Positions 62,232-64,000 of a stretch of DNA of 64,000 nucleotides are shown in pieces. The position numbers were made by a program, and so were the translations under genes. The DNA lies in assembly GCA_963713045.1 (NCBI GenBank), contig CAVQKE010000007.1, positions 160,001 through 224,000 of the forward strand. Reading direction: 5' to 3'. Within the stretch, counting starts at the first letter, position 1, and each line of letters opens with the position of its first letter. This DNA is from an uncultured delta proteobacterium. GTDB taxonomy: Bacteria; Myxococcota; Myxococcia; Myxococcales; Myxococcaceae. Below the pieces are notes generated by a model. It ran no database searches. It was not told the DNA's origin and worked only from the letters and a program-made list of their open reading frames with translations.

Positions 62232-62899
62232 TCATGGCGTGGGCGTGCAGTTATCGTCGTGAATAAACTCGTTGTACCAATTGACTTCCCAGGTCTTACC
62301 TCCATCCGTAGAGAAGGCCTGCTCCCATTTCGCCGCAATGGGAGCGTTTTTAGGGTTCAACGCCCGCTCCCATTTCGCTGTAGCCGGCGCGCCCTTTGGG
62401 AACACTGTCCAGGTGTAGCGGACGATAATGGGTATGCCGTTAAACGTGTCAGGGCCCTCGAATATCCCAACGTTGCCATCGAACTTGCCGACTACCGGCG
62501 GCCCGATGACGCCCCCGGAGAACGTGTTGTCGACCCAGTAATTACGCCAAAGGCCCGTCTTGGGATCGTAAGTGCGGACAGTCACTCCGACAAAGTCTTT
62601 CCAGTAGCTCGCCTTCCACTAGTCAATGTCGCCGACGCCCCCGGGCAGTGGACTAGCCTCATCACAGTGATGAAATCGACCCATTCGTGCGAGCCCGCCA
62701 GGCGCTTTGTGAGCCTGTGATTGGGCATTCTCCGTTTGCCGTAAATGAAATCGAAGTCGTGAAGTCCCACCGGCTCGGCCGCTGTCGCGTTCTTCGAGGG
62801 ACCCTGGGATGGGCTGGTTTGTGCCAATGCAGTACCGGAATCGACCGCACCAAAAATCAGTAGCACCGCGGCCACGGTCAGGCTTAGAGCAGTCGTCAC
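62232..62899 (-). pseudogene. Secreted DUF1579-like protein, frameshifted
   Basis: HDFDF..HRLTKRLAGSHEW and RTYDPKTGLWRNYW..WEQAFSTDGGKTWEVNW lie in different frames. Confidence 0.7.
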
Positions 62900-62991
62900 T
62901 TAATATCTTCTGTGTCGCTCCTGCGGGATGGAAGTTTCTCAGCGTGTCATTCTGAAACAGCAGCGGTTCATCGACCCTTTGAAGACCGACG

Positions 62992-63489
62992 TCAACGCAG
63001 AATCTCGACGAGCAAGATCCAAGCGTAGAGGGTACCCGCTATGAGCGAGAAGACCACCGCCGGCACCAACCAGTAGAGTCCGCCTCCGGCGTGAACGACG
63101 AGCGACACGCCGGCAATGACGAACGGAAGTGTGGGCAGCTGCGACAGCAGCCCGTTGGCGATAACCCGGCATGCCACACTCTCTCCTCGGCGGCTCAACC
63201 TCAGCAGTTGCATGGCGGTCGGCAGAGCCAAGGCCGCGAGTCCGAGAACGAGCAGCTCCCAACCCACAGCCTTGGAAGTCTGACCAGGCACCAGGAGGAG
63301 CGTGGCGGCCACGAGCACCGTCATAAGCATCGTAATCGCTTGGCCAGCCCGGCGAGGAAGGCTCGGCGCCATCAGAATCTTCGCCAGGTTGATCGAGACT
63401 GCGACGAAGACGAGACCGGCCAGCGCGGCGGCGGCACCCGCCTCAGCAACGAGGAAGGGTTCCCAGCCAGAGAGCGTGTAGGCGTTCAT
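62992..63489 (-). CDS. Small membrane protein of unknown function
   Basis: WEPFLVAEAGAAAALAGLVFVAVSINL..AWILLVEILR; ATG at 63489. Confidence 0.8.
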   Translation of the reverse strand: MNAYTLSGWEPFLVAEAGAAAALAGLVFVAVSINLAKILMAPSLPRRAGQAITMLMTVLVAATLLLVPGQTSKAVGWELLVLGLAALALPTAMQLLRLSRRGESVACRVIANGLLSQLPTLPFVIAGVSLVVHAGGGLYWLVPAVVFSLIAGTLYAWILLVEILR

Positions 63490-63543
63490 TTCGGCTGACC
63501 CCCAAATGCGGACGTCGCTGACGGAGACGCCAATCGTCCGCAT

Positions 63544-63790
63544 GTCGAACGTACTCCCGAACGTACCGCTGGGAGCGTCTGGGAGCCCCGTCCTGAGGTC
63601 TCGACGGGCGGCGAGGGGTAGTGCCAAGACCCCGTGGGTACGTTCAGGAGCCCGGGGCGGGCTTCCCAAGCTCGGGGTCGCGGGTTCGAATCCCGTCCGC
63701 CGCTCTTTAGAAGCCAACGGAATCACGGACTCTGCCGATACGCAGCTCAGAGCTCCGCCAGCACCCGCTGCAAATTGTGCTGATGACGCG
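63544..63790 (+). repeat. att junction F: full arm + tRNA-Gly 3' half (63661-63704) + integrase tail
   Basis: Boxes GAACGTA at 63547 and 63559, TACGTTC at 63639; exact tRNA 3' half. Confidence 0.92.
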
Positions 63791-63890
63791 TCGATGCGCA
63801 GTGAGAGTTTCCGCACCTCCGTGCCGAGGTGTCCTCGCCGAGGTGCGCCTAGCGCTCGGATCTGAGGCGCGGGTCTGCGTGGCGGAGCAC
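63705..63890 (-). pseudogene. Tyrosine integrase 3' remnant reading into junction F
   Basis: VLRHADPRLRSER*AHLGED..EVRKLSL; 21 nt identical to 47849-47869; TAG at the expected catalytic Tyr position. Confidence 0.75.
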
Positions 63891-64000
63891 GTATCCCGCA
63901 TCGAGCGCCCCCTGAGACGCAAGCGCAGCCCTATTACTGATCGTCGTTTGAGTTTCCTAATACGAAGGGCGTTGGCACGAAGCTGTGCTGCCTTTTGTTC

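Noticed and set aside
26948..63489. Classical integron (intI/attC) or prophage
   Set aside because: No IntI gene, no attC-like hairpins identified, and no phage structural genes.
26615..63704. CRISPR array or REP/MITE family as the explanation for the recurring 44-nt sequence
   Set aside because: The repeats are kb apart, match a tRNA 3' half, lack terminal inverted repeats, and no cas genes are present.
26769..63704. Counting the six fragments as additional tRNA genes
   Set aside because: They lack the acceptor 5' strand and the D arm.

Overview
High-GC window whose gene content suggests a myxobacterium (Myxococcota). Bases 1-~8,000 look like core genome: CNNM protein, TPR protein, prfA-prmC-murA, a zinc-ribbon protein and a lipoprotein. 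From ~8 kb on it is an accessory mosaic organised around one intact tRNA-Gly(CCC) gene (26615-26687). Downstream, the tRNA 3' half (anticodon loop onward) recurs six times (26769, 32475, 39254, 40178, 51867, 63661). Most copies are preceded by a ~120-bp arm carrying three RAACGNM boxes at near-invariant 12/73/17-nt spacing. Four are followed by the 3' tail of a minus-strand tyrosine integrase gene whose frame reads through the tRNA fragment. No complete integrase is present in the window. The junctions split the region into cargo blocks of about 0.08, 5.7, 6.7, 0.9, 11.6 and 11.7 kb. I infer a tandem array of integrase-less cassettes bounded by attP-like sites. A broken tRNA-Gly 5' half at 14399 is joined to a mirror-image copy of the same arm. 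Between the two tRNA 5' ends lies an alternative-complex-III-like operon with a cupredoxin and a Cyc2-like cytochrome-porin gene. Other cargo: two arylsulfatases, DUF3604/PPIase/HupE, IS21, an HTH-fused Dam-type methylase, a primase-helicase, TA modules, a Ser/Thr kinase-TPR, ClC, LysR, USP, TetR-SDR and many gene fragments. Several single-base frameshifts, including one in prfA, suggest sequencing indels. All family calls come from motif recognition by eye; no searches were run.
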